Source: Paragordius varius | Taxonomy: Eukaryota > Animalia > Nematomorpha | DNA: 64,000 bases | Reading direction: 5' to 3' | NCBI GenBank assembly: GCA_964247055.1 | Contig: OZ176053.1 | Coordinates: 13,020,001 to 13,084,000, forward strand | Part shown: in pieces, positions 1-14,299 of the stretch | How positions within the stretch are numbered: the first letter of the stretch is position 1 | Layout: each line of letters begins with the position of its first letter | The notes under the pieces: generated by a model | Database searches by the model: none | What the model was told of the DNA's origin: nothing | Seen by the model: the letters and a program-made list of their open reading frames with translations, nothing else | Translations under genes and position numbers: made by a program

Positions 1-3000
1 CTCTTAGTAGGATTACATCAAAATATAGAGATAGTTTGGCAAACTCTTTCATATCCGATTTTTACAACGATACTTTAAAAATTAATGTATAAAACTAGTC
101 GTATCAATAAATCGCATCAATACTCAAGTTAAACTTTGTCCTTAAAAATCGGATATTGGTCACCGATGAACAAAATTATTTTTTATATATTCTCTTAGTC
201 GGACTACATCAAAATATAGAGATAGTTTGGCAAACTCTTTCATATCCGATTTTTACAACGATACTTTAAAAATTAATGTATAAAACTAGTCGCATCAATA
301 CTCAAGTTAAACTTTGTCCTTAAAAATCGGATTTTGGTCACCGGTGAACAAAATTATTTTTTATACATTCTCTTAGTAAGACTGCATCAAAATATAGAGA
401 CCGTTTGTCAAACTCTTTCATATCCGATTTTTACAACGATACTTTAAAAATTAATGTATAAAACTAGTCGCATCAATACTCAAGTTAAACTTTGTCCTTA
501 AAAATCGGATATTGGTCACCGGTGAACAAAATTATTTTTTATACATTCTCTTAGTAGGACTACATCAAAATATAGAGATAGTTTGGCAAACTCTTTCATA
601 TCCGATTTTTACAACGATACTTAAAAATTAATGTATAAAACTAGTCGTATCAATACTCAAGTTAAACTTTGTCCTTAAAAATCGAATATTGGTCACCAAT
701 GAACAAAATTATTTTTTATTCATTCTCTTAGTAAGACTACATCAAAATATAGAGATAGTTTGACAAACTCTTTAATATCCGATTTTTCCAACGATACTTT
801 AAAAATTAATGTATAAAACTAGTCGCATCAATTATCAAAAACTTTGTCCTTAAAAATCGGATATTGGTCACCGGTGAACAAAATAATTTTTTATACATTC
901 TCTTAGTAAGAGTGCATCAAAATATAGAGACCGTTTGGCAAACTCTTTCATATCCGATTTTTACAAAGATACTTTAAAAATTAATGTATAAAACTAGTCG
1001 CATCAATACTCAAGTTAAACTTTGTCCTTAAAAATCGGATATTGGTCACCGGTGAACAAAATAATTTTTTATACATTCTCTTAGTAAGAGTGCATCAAAA
1101 TATAGAGACCGTTTGGCAAACTCTTTCATATCCGATTTTTACAACGATACTTTAAAAATTAATGTATAAAACTAGTCGCATCAATACTCAAGTTAAACTT
1201 TGTCCTCAAAAATCGGATATTGGTCACCGGTGAACAAAATTATTTTTTATACATTCTCTTAGTAGGACTACATCAAAATATAGAGATAGTTTGGTAAACT
1301 CTTTCATATCCGATTTTTACAACGATACTTAAAAATTAATGTATAAAACTAGTCGTATCAATACTCAAGTTAAACTTTGTCCTTAAAAATCGGATATTGG
1401 TCACCGGCGAACAAAATAATTTTTTATACATTCTCTTAGTAACAGTGCATCAAAATATAGAGACCGTTTGGCAAACTCTTTCATATCCGATTTTTACAAC
1501 GTTACTTTAAAAATTAATGTATAAAACTAGTCGCATCAACACTCAAGTTAAACTTTGTCCTTTAAAATCGAATATTAGTCACCAGTGAACAAAACTATTT
1601 TTTATACATTCACTTAGTAAGACTACATCAAAATATAGACATAGTTTGACAAACTTTTTCATATCCGATTTTTACAACGATACTTTAAAAATTAATGTAT
1701 AAAACTAGTCGCATCAATATTCAAGTTAAATTTTGTCCTTAAAAATGGGATATTGGTCACCGGTGAACAAAACTATTTTTTATACATTCTCTTAGTAAGA
1801 CTACATCAAAATATAGAGATAGTTTGACAAACTCTTTCATATCCGATTTTTACAACGATACTTTAAAAATTAATGTATAAAACTAGTCGCATCAATACTC
1901 AAGTTAAATTTTGTCCTTAAAAATGGGATATTGGTCACCGGTGAACAAAACTATTTTTATACATTCTCTTAGTAAAACTACATCAAAATATAGAGATAGT
2001 TTGACAAACTTTTTCATATCCGATTTTTACAACGATACTTTAAAAATTAATGTATAAAACTAGTCGCATCAATATTCAAGTTAAATTTTGTCCTTAAAAA
2101 TGGGATATTGGTCACCGATGAACAAAATTATTTTTTATATATTCTCTTAGTCGGACTACATCAAAATATAGAGATAGTTTGACAAACTCTTTAATATCCG
2201 ATTTTTACAACGCCACATTAAATTAATGTATAAAACTAGTCGCATCAATACTCAAGTTAAATTTTGTCCTTAAAAATGGGATATTGGTCACCGGTGAACA
2301 AAACTATTTTTTATACATTCTCTTATTAAGACTACATCAAAATATAGAGATAGTTGACCTCTTTCATATCCGATTTTTACAACGATACTTTTAAAATTAA
2401 TGTATAAAACTAGTCGCATCAATATTCAAGTAAAACTTTGTCCTAAAAAATCGGATATTGGTCACCGGTGAACAAAACTATTTTTTATACATTCTTTTAG
2501 TAAGACTACATCAAAATATAGAGATAGTTGGATAAACTCTTTCATATCCGATTTTTACAACGATACTTTAAAAATTAATGTATAAAACTAGTCGCATAAA
2601 TACTCAAGTTAAATTTTGTCCTTAAAAATGGGATATTGGTCCCCGGTGAACAAAACTATTTTTTATACATTCTCTTGGTAAGACTACATCAAAATATAGA
2701 GATAGTTTGACAAACTCTTTCATATCCGATTTTTACAACGATACTTTAAAAATTAATATATAAAACTAGTCGCATCAATACTCAAGTTAAACTTTGTCCT
2801 AAAAAATCGGATATTGGTCACCGGTGAACAAAACTATTTTTTATACATTCTTTTAGTAAGACTACATCAAAATATAGAGATAATTTGATAAACTCTTTCA
2901 TATCCGATTTTTACAACGATACTTTAAAAATTAATGTAAAAAACTAGTCGTATCAATAAATCGCATCAATACTCAAGTTAAACTTTGTCCTTAAAAATCG

Positions 3001-4610
3001 GATATTAGTCGCCGGTAAAGAAAATAATTTTTTATACATTCTCTTAATAGGACTACATCAAAAAATAGAGATAGTTTGACAAACTCTTTCATATCCAATT
3101 TTTACAACGATACTTTAAAAATTATGGTATTAAACCAGTCGCATCAATACTCAACTTAAACTTTGTCCTTAAAAATCGGATATTGGTCACCGGTGAACAA
3201 AACTATTTTTTATACGTTCTCTTAGTAAGACTACATCAAAATATAGAGATAGTTTGACAAACTCTTTCATATCCCATTTTTACAACGATACTTTAAAAAT
3301 TAATGTATAAAACTAGTCGTATCAATACTCAAGTTAAACTTTGTCCTTAAAAATCGGATATTGGTCACCGGTGAACAAAATTATTTTTTATACATTCTCT
3401 TAGTAGGATTACATCAAAATATAGAGATAGTTTGGCAAACTCTTTCATATCCGATTTTTACAACGATACTTTAAAAATTAATGTATAAAACTAGTCGTAT
3501 CAATAAATCGCATCAATACTCAAGTTAAACTTTGTCCTTAAAAATCGGATATTGGTCACCGATGAACAAAATTATTTTTTATATATTCTCTTAGTCGGAC
3601 TACATCAAAATATAGAGATAGTTTGGCAAACTCTTTCATATCCGATTTTTACAACGATACTTTAAAAATTAATGTATAAAACTAGTCGCATCAATACTCA
3701 AGTTAAACTTTGTCCTTAAAAATCGGATTTTGGTCACCGGTGAACAAAATTATTTTTTATACATTCTCTTAGTAAGACTGCATCAAAATATAGAGACCGT
3801 TTGTCAAACTCTTTCATATCCGATTTTTACAACGATACTTTAAAAATTAATGTATAAAACTAGTCGCATCAATACTCAAGTTAAACTTTGTCCTTAAAAA
3901 TCGGATATTGGTCACCGGTGAACAAAATTTTTTTTTATACATTCTCTTAGTAGGACTACATCAAAATATAGAGATAGTTTGGCAAACTCTTTCATATCCG
4001 ATTTTTACAACGAAACTTAAAAATTAATGTATAAAACTAGTCGTATCAATACTCAAGTTAAACTTTGTCCTTAAAAATCGAATATTGGTCACCAATGAAC
4101 AAAATTATTTTTTATTCATTCTCTTAGTAAGACTACATCAAAATATAGAGATAGTTTGACAAACTCTTTAATATCCGATTTTTCCAACGATACTTTAAAA
4201 ATTAATGTATAAAACTAGTCGCATCAATTATCAAGTTAAACTTTGTCCTTAAAAATCGGATATTGGTCACCGGTGAACAAAATAATTTTTTATACATTCT
4301 CTTAGTAAGAGTGCATCAAAATATAGAGACCGTTTGGCAAACTCTTTCATATCCGATTTTTACAAAGATACTCTAAAAATTAATGTATAAAACTAGTCGC
4401 ATCAATACTCAAGTTAAACTTTGTCCTTAAAAATCGGATATTGGTCACCGGTGAACAAAATAATTTTTTATACATTCTCTTAGTAAGAGTGCATCAAAAT
4501 ATAGAGACCGTTTGGCAAACTCTTTCATATCCGATTTTTACAACGATACTTTAAAAATTAATGTATAAAACTAGTCGCATCAATACTCAAGTTAAACTTT
4601 GTCCTTAAAA
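1..4610 (+). repeat. Satellite domain A (subfamily with GAGACCGTTTGGCAAA, AGAGTGCATC/GACTGCATC and TTTGGCAAA variants)
   Basis: The GAGACCGT and GAGTGCATC variants occur at ~397, 927, 1105, 1460, 3793, 4325 and 4504, and I did not see them beyond ~4.52 kb. Confidence 0.8.
3397..4610 (+). repeat. Second copy of block 1-~1210 (19-monomer, 3396-bp period)
   Basis: CTCTTAGTAGGATTAC starts at 1 and 3397. The C of TTAGTCGGAC is at 200 and 3596. The order of rare variants is the same over ~1.2 kb, with a few differences such as a 3-bp deletion near 838 in the first copy only. Confidence 0.88.
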
Positions 4611-7600
4611 ATCGGATATTAGTCGCCGGTAAAGAAAATAATCTTTTATACATTCTCTTAGTAGTACTACATCAAAATATAGAGATAGTTTGACAAACTC
4701 TTTAATATCTGATTTTTAGAGCGATACTTTAAAAATTAATGTATAATTTAGCATACGACAATATTCAAGTTAAACTTTGTCCTTAAAAATCGGATATTGG
4801 TGACCGGTGAACGAAACTATTTTCTATACATTCTCTTAGAAGGACTACATTAAAATATAGAGATAGTTTGACAAACTCTTTCATATCCGATTTTTACAAC
4901 GATACTTGAAAAAATTGATGTATAAAAATCGTATCAATACTCAAGTTAAACTTTGTCCTTAAAAATCGGATATTGGTCACCAGTGAACAAAATTATTTTT
5001 TATACATTCTCTTAGTAAGAAATATAGAGATAGTTTGACAAACTCTTTCATATCCGATTTTTACAACGATACTTTAAAAATTAATGTATAAAACTAGTCG
5101 CATCAATACTCAAGTTAAATTTTGTCCTTAAAACTGGGATATTGGTCACCGGTGAACAAAACTATTTTTTATACATTCTCTTACTAAGACTACATTAAAA
5201 TATAGAGATAGTTTGACAAATTCTTTCATATCCGATTTTTACAACGATACTTTAAAAATTAATGAATAAAACTAGTCGCATCAATACTCAATTTAAACTT
5301 TGTCAAAAATCGGATATTGGTCACCGGTGAACAAAACTATTTTTTATAATTCTTTTAGTAAGACTACATCAAAATATAGAGATAGTTTGACAAACTCTTT
5401 AATATCTGATTTTTACAACGATACTTTAAAAATTAATGTCTAATTTAGCATACGACAATATTCAAGTTAAACTTTGTCCTTAAAAATCGGATATTGGTGA
5501 CCGGTGAACGAAACTATTTTCTATACATTCTCTTAGAAGGACTACATTAAAATATAGAGATAGTTTGACAAACTCTTTCATATCCGATTTTTACAACGAT
5601 ACTTGAAAAATTAATGTATGATTTAGCATACGACAATATTCAAGTTAAACTTTGTCCTTAAAAATCGGATATTGGTGACCGGTGAACGAAACTATTTTCT
5701 ATACATTCTCTTAGACTACATTAAAATATAGAGATAGTTTGACAAACTCTTTCATATCCGATTTTTACAACGATACTTGAAAAAATTAATGTATAAAACT
5801 AGTCGTATCAATACTCAAGTTAAACTTTGTCCTTAAAAATCGGATATTGGTCACCAGTGAACAAAATTATTTTTTATACATTCTCTTAGTAAGAAATATA
5901 GAGATAGTTTGTCAAACTCTTTTCATATCCGATTTTTACAACGATACTTTAAAAATTAATGTATGATTTAGCATACGACAATATTCAAGTTAAACTTTGT
6001 CCTTAAAAATCGGATATTGGTGACCGGTGAACGAAACTATTTTCTATACATTCTCTTAGAAGGACTACATTAAAATATAGAGATAGTTTGACAAACTCTT
6101 TCATATCCGATTTTTACAACGATACTTGAAAAAATTGATGTATGAAAATCGTATCAATACTCAAGTTAAACTTTGTCCTTAAAAATCGGATATTGGTCAC
6201 CAGTGAACAAAATTATTTTTTATACATTCTCTTAGTAAGAAATATAGAGATAGTTTGACAAACTCTTTCATATCCGATTTTTACAACGATACTTTAAAAA
6301 TTAATGTATAAAACTAGTCATATCAATAAATCGCATCAATACTCAAGTTAAACTTTGTCCTTAAAAATCGGATATTGGTCACCGGTGAACAAAATTATTT
6401 TTTATACATTCTCTTTAAGACTACATCAAAATATAGAGATAGTTTGACAAACTCTTTAATATCTGATTTTTAGAGCGATACTTTAAAAATTAATGTATAA
6501 TTTAGCATACGACAATAAGCAAGTTAAACTTTGTCCTTAAAAATCGGATATTAGTCGCCGGTAAAGAAAATAATATTTTATACATTCTCTTAGTAGTACT
6601 ACATCAAAATATAGAGATAGTTTGACAAACTCTTTAATATCTGATTTTTAGAGCGATACTTTAAAAATTAATGTATAATTTAGCATACGAGAATAAGCAA
6701 GTTAAACTTTGTCCTTAAAAATCGGATATTGGTCTCCGGTGAACAAAATTATTTTTTATACATTCTATTATTAAGACTACATCAAAATATAGAGATAGTT
6801 TGACAAACTCTTTCATCTCCGATTTTTACAACGATACTTTGAAAATTAATGTATAAAACTAGTCGCATCAATACTCAAGTTAAACTTTGTCAAAAATCGG
6901 ATATTGGTCACCGGTGAACAAAACTATTTTTTATACATTCTTTTAGTAAGACTACATCAAAATATAGAGATAGTTTGACTAACTCTTTCATATCCGATTT
7001 TTACAACGATACTTTTAAAATTAATGTATAAAACTAATCGCATCAATACTCAAGTTAAACTTTGTCCTTAACAATCGGATATTGGTCTTTGGTGAACAAA
7101 ATTATTTTTTATACATTCTCTTATTAAGACTACATCAAAATATAGAGATAGTTTGACAAACTCTTTCATATCCGATTTTTACAACGATACTTTAAAAATT
7201 ATTGTATAAAACTAGTCGCATCAATACTCAAGCTAAACTTTGTCCTTAAAAATGGGATATTGTCACCGGTGAACAAAACTATTTTTTATACATTCTCTTA
7301 GTAAGACTACATCAAAATATAGAGATAGTTTGACAAACTCTTTCATATCCGATTTTTACAACGATACTTTAAAAATTAATGTATAAAACTAGTCGCATCA
7401 ATACTCAAGTTAAATTTTGTCCTTAAAAATGGGATATTGGTCACCGGTGAACAAAACTATTTTTTATACATTCTCTTAGTACGACTACATTAAAATATAG
7501 AGATAGTTTGACAAATTCTTTCATATCCGATTTTTACAACGATACTTTAAAAATTAATGTATAAAACTAGTCGCATCAATACTCAAGTTAAACTTTGTCA

Positions 7601-7846
7601 AAAATCGGATATTGGTCACCGGTGAACAAAACTATTTTTTATAATTCTTTTAGTAAGACTACATCAAAATATAGAGATAGTTTGACAAACTCTTTAATAT
7701 CTGATTTTTACAACGATACTTTAAAAATTAATGTATAATTTAGCATACGACAATATTCAAGTTAAACTTTGTCCTTAAAAATCGGATATTGGTGACCGGT
7801 GAACGAAACTATTTTCTATACATTCTCTTAGAAGGACTACATTAAA

Positions 7847-7879
7847 ATATAGAGATAGTTTGACAAACTATCTCTATAT
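7847..7879. other. Perfect 33-bp palindrome ATATAGAGATAGTTTG-A-CAAACTATCTCTATAT (16-bp arms, 1-nt loop), unique variant monomer
   Basis: Read directly from the sequence. The right arm is the exact reverse complement of the left. The consensus right arm is CAAACTCTTTCATAT. Confidence 0.95.
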
Positions 7880-9974
7880 CCGATTTTTACAACGATACTT
7901 GAAAAAATTAATGTATAAAACTAGTCGTATCAATACTCAAGTTAAACTTTGTCCTTAAAAATCGGATATTGGTCACCGGTGACCAAAATTATTTTTTATA
8001 CATTCTCTTATTAAGACTACATCAAAATATAGAGATAGTTTGACAAACTCTTTAATATCTGATTTTTACAACGATACTTTAAAAATTAATGTATGATTTA
8101 GCATACGACAATATTCAAGTTAAACTTTGTCCTTAAAAATCGGATATTGGTGACCGGTGAACGAAACTATTTTCTATACATTCTCTTAGAAGGACTACAT
8201 TAAAATATAGAGATAGTTTGACAAACTCTTTCATATCCGATTTTTACAACGATACTTGAAAAAATTAATGTATAAAACTAGTCGTATCAATACTCAAGTT
8301 AAACTTTGTCCTTAAAAATCGGATATTGGTCACCAGTGAACAAAATTATTTTTTATACATTCTCTTAGTAAGAAATATAGAGATAGTTTGACAAACTCTT
8401 TCATATCCGATTTTTACAACGATACTTTAAAAATTAATATATAAAACTAGTCGTATCAATAAATCGCATCAATACTCAAGTTAAACTTTGTCCTTAAAAA
8501 TCGGATATTGGTCACCGGTGAACAAAATTATTTTTTATACATTCTCTTATTAAGACTACATCAAAATATAGAGATAGTTTGACAAACTCTTTCATATCCG
8601 ATTTTTACAACGATACTTTAAAATTTAATGTATATAACTAGTCGCATCAATACTCAAGCTAAACTTTGTCCTTAAAAATGGGATATTGGTCACCGGTGAA
8701 CAAAACTATTTTTTATACATTCTCTTACTAAGACTACATTAAAATATAGAGATAGTTTGACAAATTCTTTCATATCCGATTTTTACAACGATACTTTAAA
8801 AATTAATGAATAAAACTAGTCGCATCAATACTCAAATTAAACTTTGTCAAAAATCGGATATTGGTCACCGGTGAACAAAACTATTTTTTATAAATCTTTT
8901 AGTAAGACTACATCAAAATATAGAGATAGTTTGACAAACTCTTTAATATCTGATTTTTACAACGATACTTTAAAAATTAATGTCTAATTTAGCATACGAC
9001 AATATTCAAGTTAAACTTTGTCCTTAAAAATCGGATATTGGTGACCGGTGAACGAAACTATTTTCTATACATTCTCTTAGAAGGACTACATTAAAATATA
9101 GAGATAGTTTGACAAACTCTTTCATATCCGATTTTTACAACGATACTTGAAAAATTAATGTATGATTTAGCATACGACAATATTCAAGTTAAACTTTGTC
9201 CTTAAAAATCGGATATTGGTGACCGGTGAACGAAACTATTTTCTATACATTCTCTTAGAAGGACTACATTAAAATATAGAGATAGTTTGACAAACTCTTT
9301 CATATCCGATTTTTACAACGATACTTTAAAAATTAATGTATAAAACTAGTCGCATCAATACTCAAGTTAAACTTTGTCAAAAATCGGATATTGGTCACCG
9401 GTGAACAAAACTATTTTTTATACATTCTTTTAGTAAGACTACATCAAAATATAGAGATAGTTTGACTAACTCTTTCATATCCGATTTTTACAACGATACT
9501 TTTAAAATTAATGTATAAAACTAATCGCATCAATACTCAAGTTAAACTTTGTCCTTAACAATCGGATATTGGTCTTTGGTGAACAAAATTATTTTTTATA
9601 CATTCTCTTATTAAGACTACATCAAAATATAGAGATAGTTTGACAAACTCTTTCATATCCGATTTTTACAACGATACTTTAAAAATTATTGTATAAAACT
9701 AGTCGCATCAATACTCAAGCTAAACTTTGTCCTTAAAAATGGGATATTGGTCACCGGTGAACAAAACTATTTTTTATACATTCTCTTAGTAAGACTACAT
9801 CAAAATATAGAGATAGTTTGACAAACTCTTTCATATCCGATTTTTACAACGATACTTGAAAAAATTAATGTATAAAACTAGTCGTATCAATACTCAAGTT
9901 AAACTTTGTCCTTAAAAATCGGATATTGGTCACCGGTGACCAAAATTATTTTCTATACATTCTCTTAGAAGGAC

Positions 9975-11995
9975 TACATTAAAATATAGAGATAGTTTGA
10001 CAAACTCTTTCATATCCGATTTTTACAACGATACTTGAAAAAATTAATGTATAAAACTAGTCGTATCAATACTCAAGTTAAACTTTGTCCTTAAAAATCG
10101 GATATTGGTCACCAGTGAACAAAATTATTTTTTATACATTCTCTTAGTAAGAAATATAGAGATAGTTTGTCAAACTCTTTTCATATCCAATTTTTACAAC
10201 GATACTTTAAAAATTTATGTATGATTTAGCATACGACAATATTCAAGTTAAACTTTGTCCTTAAAAATCGGATATTGGTGACCGGTGAACGAAACTATTT
10301 TCTATAGATTCTCTTAGAAGGACTACATTAAAATATAGAGATAGTTTGACAAACTCTTTCATATCCGATTTTTACAACGATACTTGAAAAAATTGATGTA
10401 TAAAAATAGTCGTATCAATACTCAAGTTAAACTTTGTCCTTAAAAATCGGATATTGGTCACCAGTGAACAAAATTATTTTTTATACATTCTCTTAGTAAG
10501 AAATATGGAGATAGTTTGACAAACTCTTTCATATCCGATTTTTACAACGATACTTTAAAAATTAATGTATAAAACTAGTCATATCAATAAATCGCATCAA
10601 TACTCAAGTTAAACTTTGTCCTTAAAAATCGGATATTGGTCACCGGTGAACAAAATTATTTTTTATACATTCTCTTTAAGACTACATCAAAATATAGAGA
10701 TAGTTTGACAAACTCTTTAATATCTGATTTTTAGAGCGATACTTTAAAAATTAATGTATAATTTAGCATACGACAATAAGCAAGTTAAACTTTGTCCTTA
10801 AAAATCGGATATTAGTCGCCGGTAAAGAAAATAATCTTTTATACATTCTCTTAGTAGTACTACATCAAAATATAGAGATAGTTTGACAAACTCTTTAATA
10901 TCTGATTTTTAGAGCGATACTTTAAAAATTAATGTATAATTTAGCATACGAGAATAAGCAAGTTAAACTTTGTCCTTAAAAATCGGATATTGGTCTCCGG
11001 TGAACATAATTATTTTTTATACATTCTATTATTAAGACTACATCAAAATATAGAGATAGTTTGACAAACTCTTTCATCTCCGATTTTACAACGATACTTT
11101 GAAAATTAATGTATAAAACTAGTCGCATCAATACTCAAGTTAAACTTTGTCAAAAATCGGATATTGGTCACCGGTGAACAAAACTATACATTCTTTTAGT
11201 AAGACTACATCAAAATATAGAGATAGTTTGACTAACTCTTTCATATCCGATTTTTACAACGATACTATTAATGTATAAAACTAATCGCATCAATACTTAA
11301 GTTAAACTTTGTCCTTAACAATCGGATATTGGTCTTTGGTGAACAAAATTATTTTTTATACATTCTCTTATTAAGACTACATCAAAATATAGAGATAGTT
11401 TGACAAACTCTTTCATATCCGATTTTTACAACGATACTTTAAAAATTATTGTATAAAACTAGTCGCATCAATACTCAAGCTAAACTTTGTCCTTAAAAAT
11501 GGGATATTGGTCACCGGTGAACAAAACTATTTTTTATACATTCTCTTAGTAAGACTACATCAAAATATAGAGATAGTTTGACAAACTCTTTCATATCCGA
11601 TTTTTACAACGATACTTTAAAAATTAATGTATAAAACTAGTCGCATCAATACTCAAGTTAAATTTTGTCCTTAAAAATGGGATATTGGTCACCGGTGAAC
11701 AAAACTATTTTTTATACATTCTCTTAGTACGACTACATTAAAATATAGAGATAGTTTGACAAATTCTTTCATATCCGATTTTTACAACGATACTTTAAAA
11801 ATTAATGTATAAAACTAGTCGCATCAATACTCAAGTTAAAATTTGTCAAAAATCGGATATTGGTCACCGGTGAACAAAACTATTTTTTATAAATCTTTTA
11901 GTAAGACTACATCAAAATATAGAGATAGTTTGACAAACTCTTTAATATCTGATTTTTACAACGATACTTTAAAAATTAATGTATAATTTAGCATA
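9975..11995 (+). repeat. Duplicate of ~5720-7745 (period ~4.26 kb, ~24 monomers)
   Basis: Markers AGTCATATCAATAAATCGC at 6320/10581 and CATACGAGAATAAGC at 6691/10952 are both offset by 4261. Confidence 0.82.
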
Positions 11996-14299
11996 CGACA
12001 ATAAGCAAGCTAAACTTTGTCCTTAAAAATCGGATATTGGTCTCCGGTGAACAAAATTATTTTTTATACATTCTCTTATTAAGACTACATCAAAATATAG
12101 AGATAGTTTGACAAACTCTTTCATATCCGATTTTTACAACGATACTTTAAAAAATAATGTATAAAACTAGTCGCATCAATACTCAAGTTAAACTTTGTCA
12201 AAAATCGGATATTGGTCACAGGTGAACAAAACTATTTTTTATACATTCTTTTAGTAAGACTACATCAAAATATAGAGATAGTTTGACAAACTCTTTAATA
12301 TCTGATTTTTACAACGATACTTTAAAAATTAATGTATAATTTAGCATACGACAATATTCAAGTTAAACTTTGTCCTTAAAAATCGGATATTGGTGACCGG
12401 TGAACGAAACTATTTTCTATACATTCTCTTAGAAGGACTACATTAAAATATAGAGGTAGTTTGACAAACTCTTTCATATCCGATTTTTACAACGATACTT
12501 TAAAAATTAATGTATAAAACTAGTCGCATCAATACTCAAGCTAAACTTTGTCCTTAAAAATGGGATAATGGTCACCGGTGAACAAAACTATTTTTTATAC
12601 ATTCTCTTATTAAGACTACATCAAAATATAGAGATAGTTTGACAAATTCTTTCATATCCGATTTTTACAACGATACTTTAAAAATTTATGTATAAAACTA
12701 GTCGCATCAATACTCAAGTTAAACTTTGTCCTTAAAAATCGGATATTGGTCACCGGTGAACAAAACTATTTTTTATACATTCTTTTAGTAAGACTACATT
12801 AAAATATAGAGATAGTTTGACAAATTCTTTCATATCCGATTTTTACAACGATACTTTAAAAATTTATGTATAAAACTAGTCGCATCAATACTCAAGTTAA
12901 ACTTTGTCAAAAATCGGATATTGGTCACCGGTGAACAAAACTATTTTTTATAATTCTTTTAGTATGACTACATCAAAATATAGAAATAGTTTGACAAACT
13001 CTTTATTATCTGATTTTTACAACGATACTTTAAAAATTAATGTATAATTTAGCATACGACAATATTCAAGTTAAACTTTGTCCTTAAAAATCGGATATTG
13101 GTAACCGGTGAACGAAACTATTTTCTATACATTCTCTTAGAAGGACTACATTTAAATATAGAGATAGTTTGACAAACTCTTTCATATCCGATTTTTACAA
13201 CGATACTTTAAAAATTAATGTATAAAACTAGTCGCATCAATACTCAAGTTAAGTCCTTAAAAATCGGATATTGGTCACCGGTGAACAAAATTATTTTTTA
13301 TACATTCTCTTATTAAGACTACATCAAAATATAGAGATAGTTTGACAAACTCTTTAATATCTGTTTTTTACAACGATACTTTAAAAATTAATGTATAATT
13401 TAGCATACGACAATATTCAAGTAAAACTTTGTCCTTAAAAATCGGATATTGGTGACCGGTGAACGAAACTATTTTCTATACATTCTCTTAGAAGGACTAC
13501 ATTAAAATATAGAGATAGTTTGACAAACTCTTTCATATCCGATTTTTACAACGATACTTGAAAAAATTAATGTATAAAACTAGTCGTATCAATACTCAAG
13601 TTAAACTTTGTCCTTAAAAATCGGATATTGGTCACCGGTGACCAAAATTATTTTTTATACATTCTCTTATTAAGACTACATCAAAATATAGAGATAGTTT
13701 TACAAATTCTTTCATATCCGATTTTTACAACGATACTTTAAAAATTTATGTATAAAACTAGTCGCATCAATACTCAAGTTAAACTTTGTCCTTAAAAATC
13801 GGATATTGGTCACCAGTGAACAAAATTATTTTTTATACATTCTCTTAGTAAGAAATATAGAGATAGTTTGACAAACTCTTTCATATCCGATTTTTACAAC
13901 GACTCTTTAAAAATTAATGTATAAAACTAGTCGCATCAATACTCAAGTTAAGTCCTTAAAAATCGGATATTGGTCACCGGTGAACAAAATTATTTTTTAT
14001 ACATTCTTTTATTAAGACTACATCAAAATATAGAGATAGTTTGACAAACTCTTTAATATCTGATTTTTACAACGATACTTTAAAAATTAATGTATGATTT
14101 AGCATACGACAATATTCAAGTTAAACTTTGTTCTTAAAAATCGGATATTGGTGACCGGTGAACGAAACTATTTTCTATACATTCTCTTAGAAGGACTACA
14201 TTAAAATATAGAGATAGTTTGACAAACTCTTTCATATCCGATTTTTACAACGATACTTTAAAAATTAATGTATAAAACTAGTCGCATCAATACTTAAGT

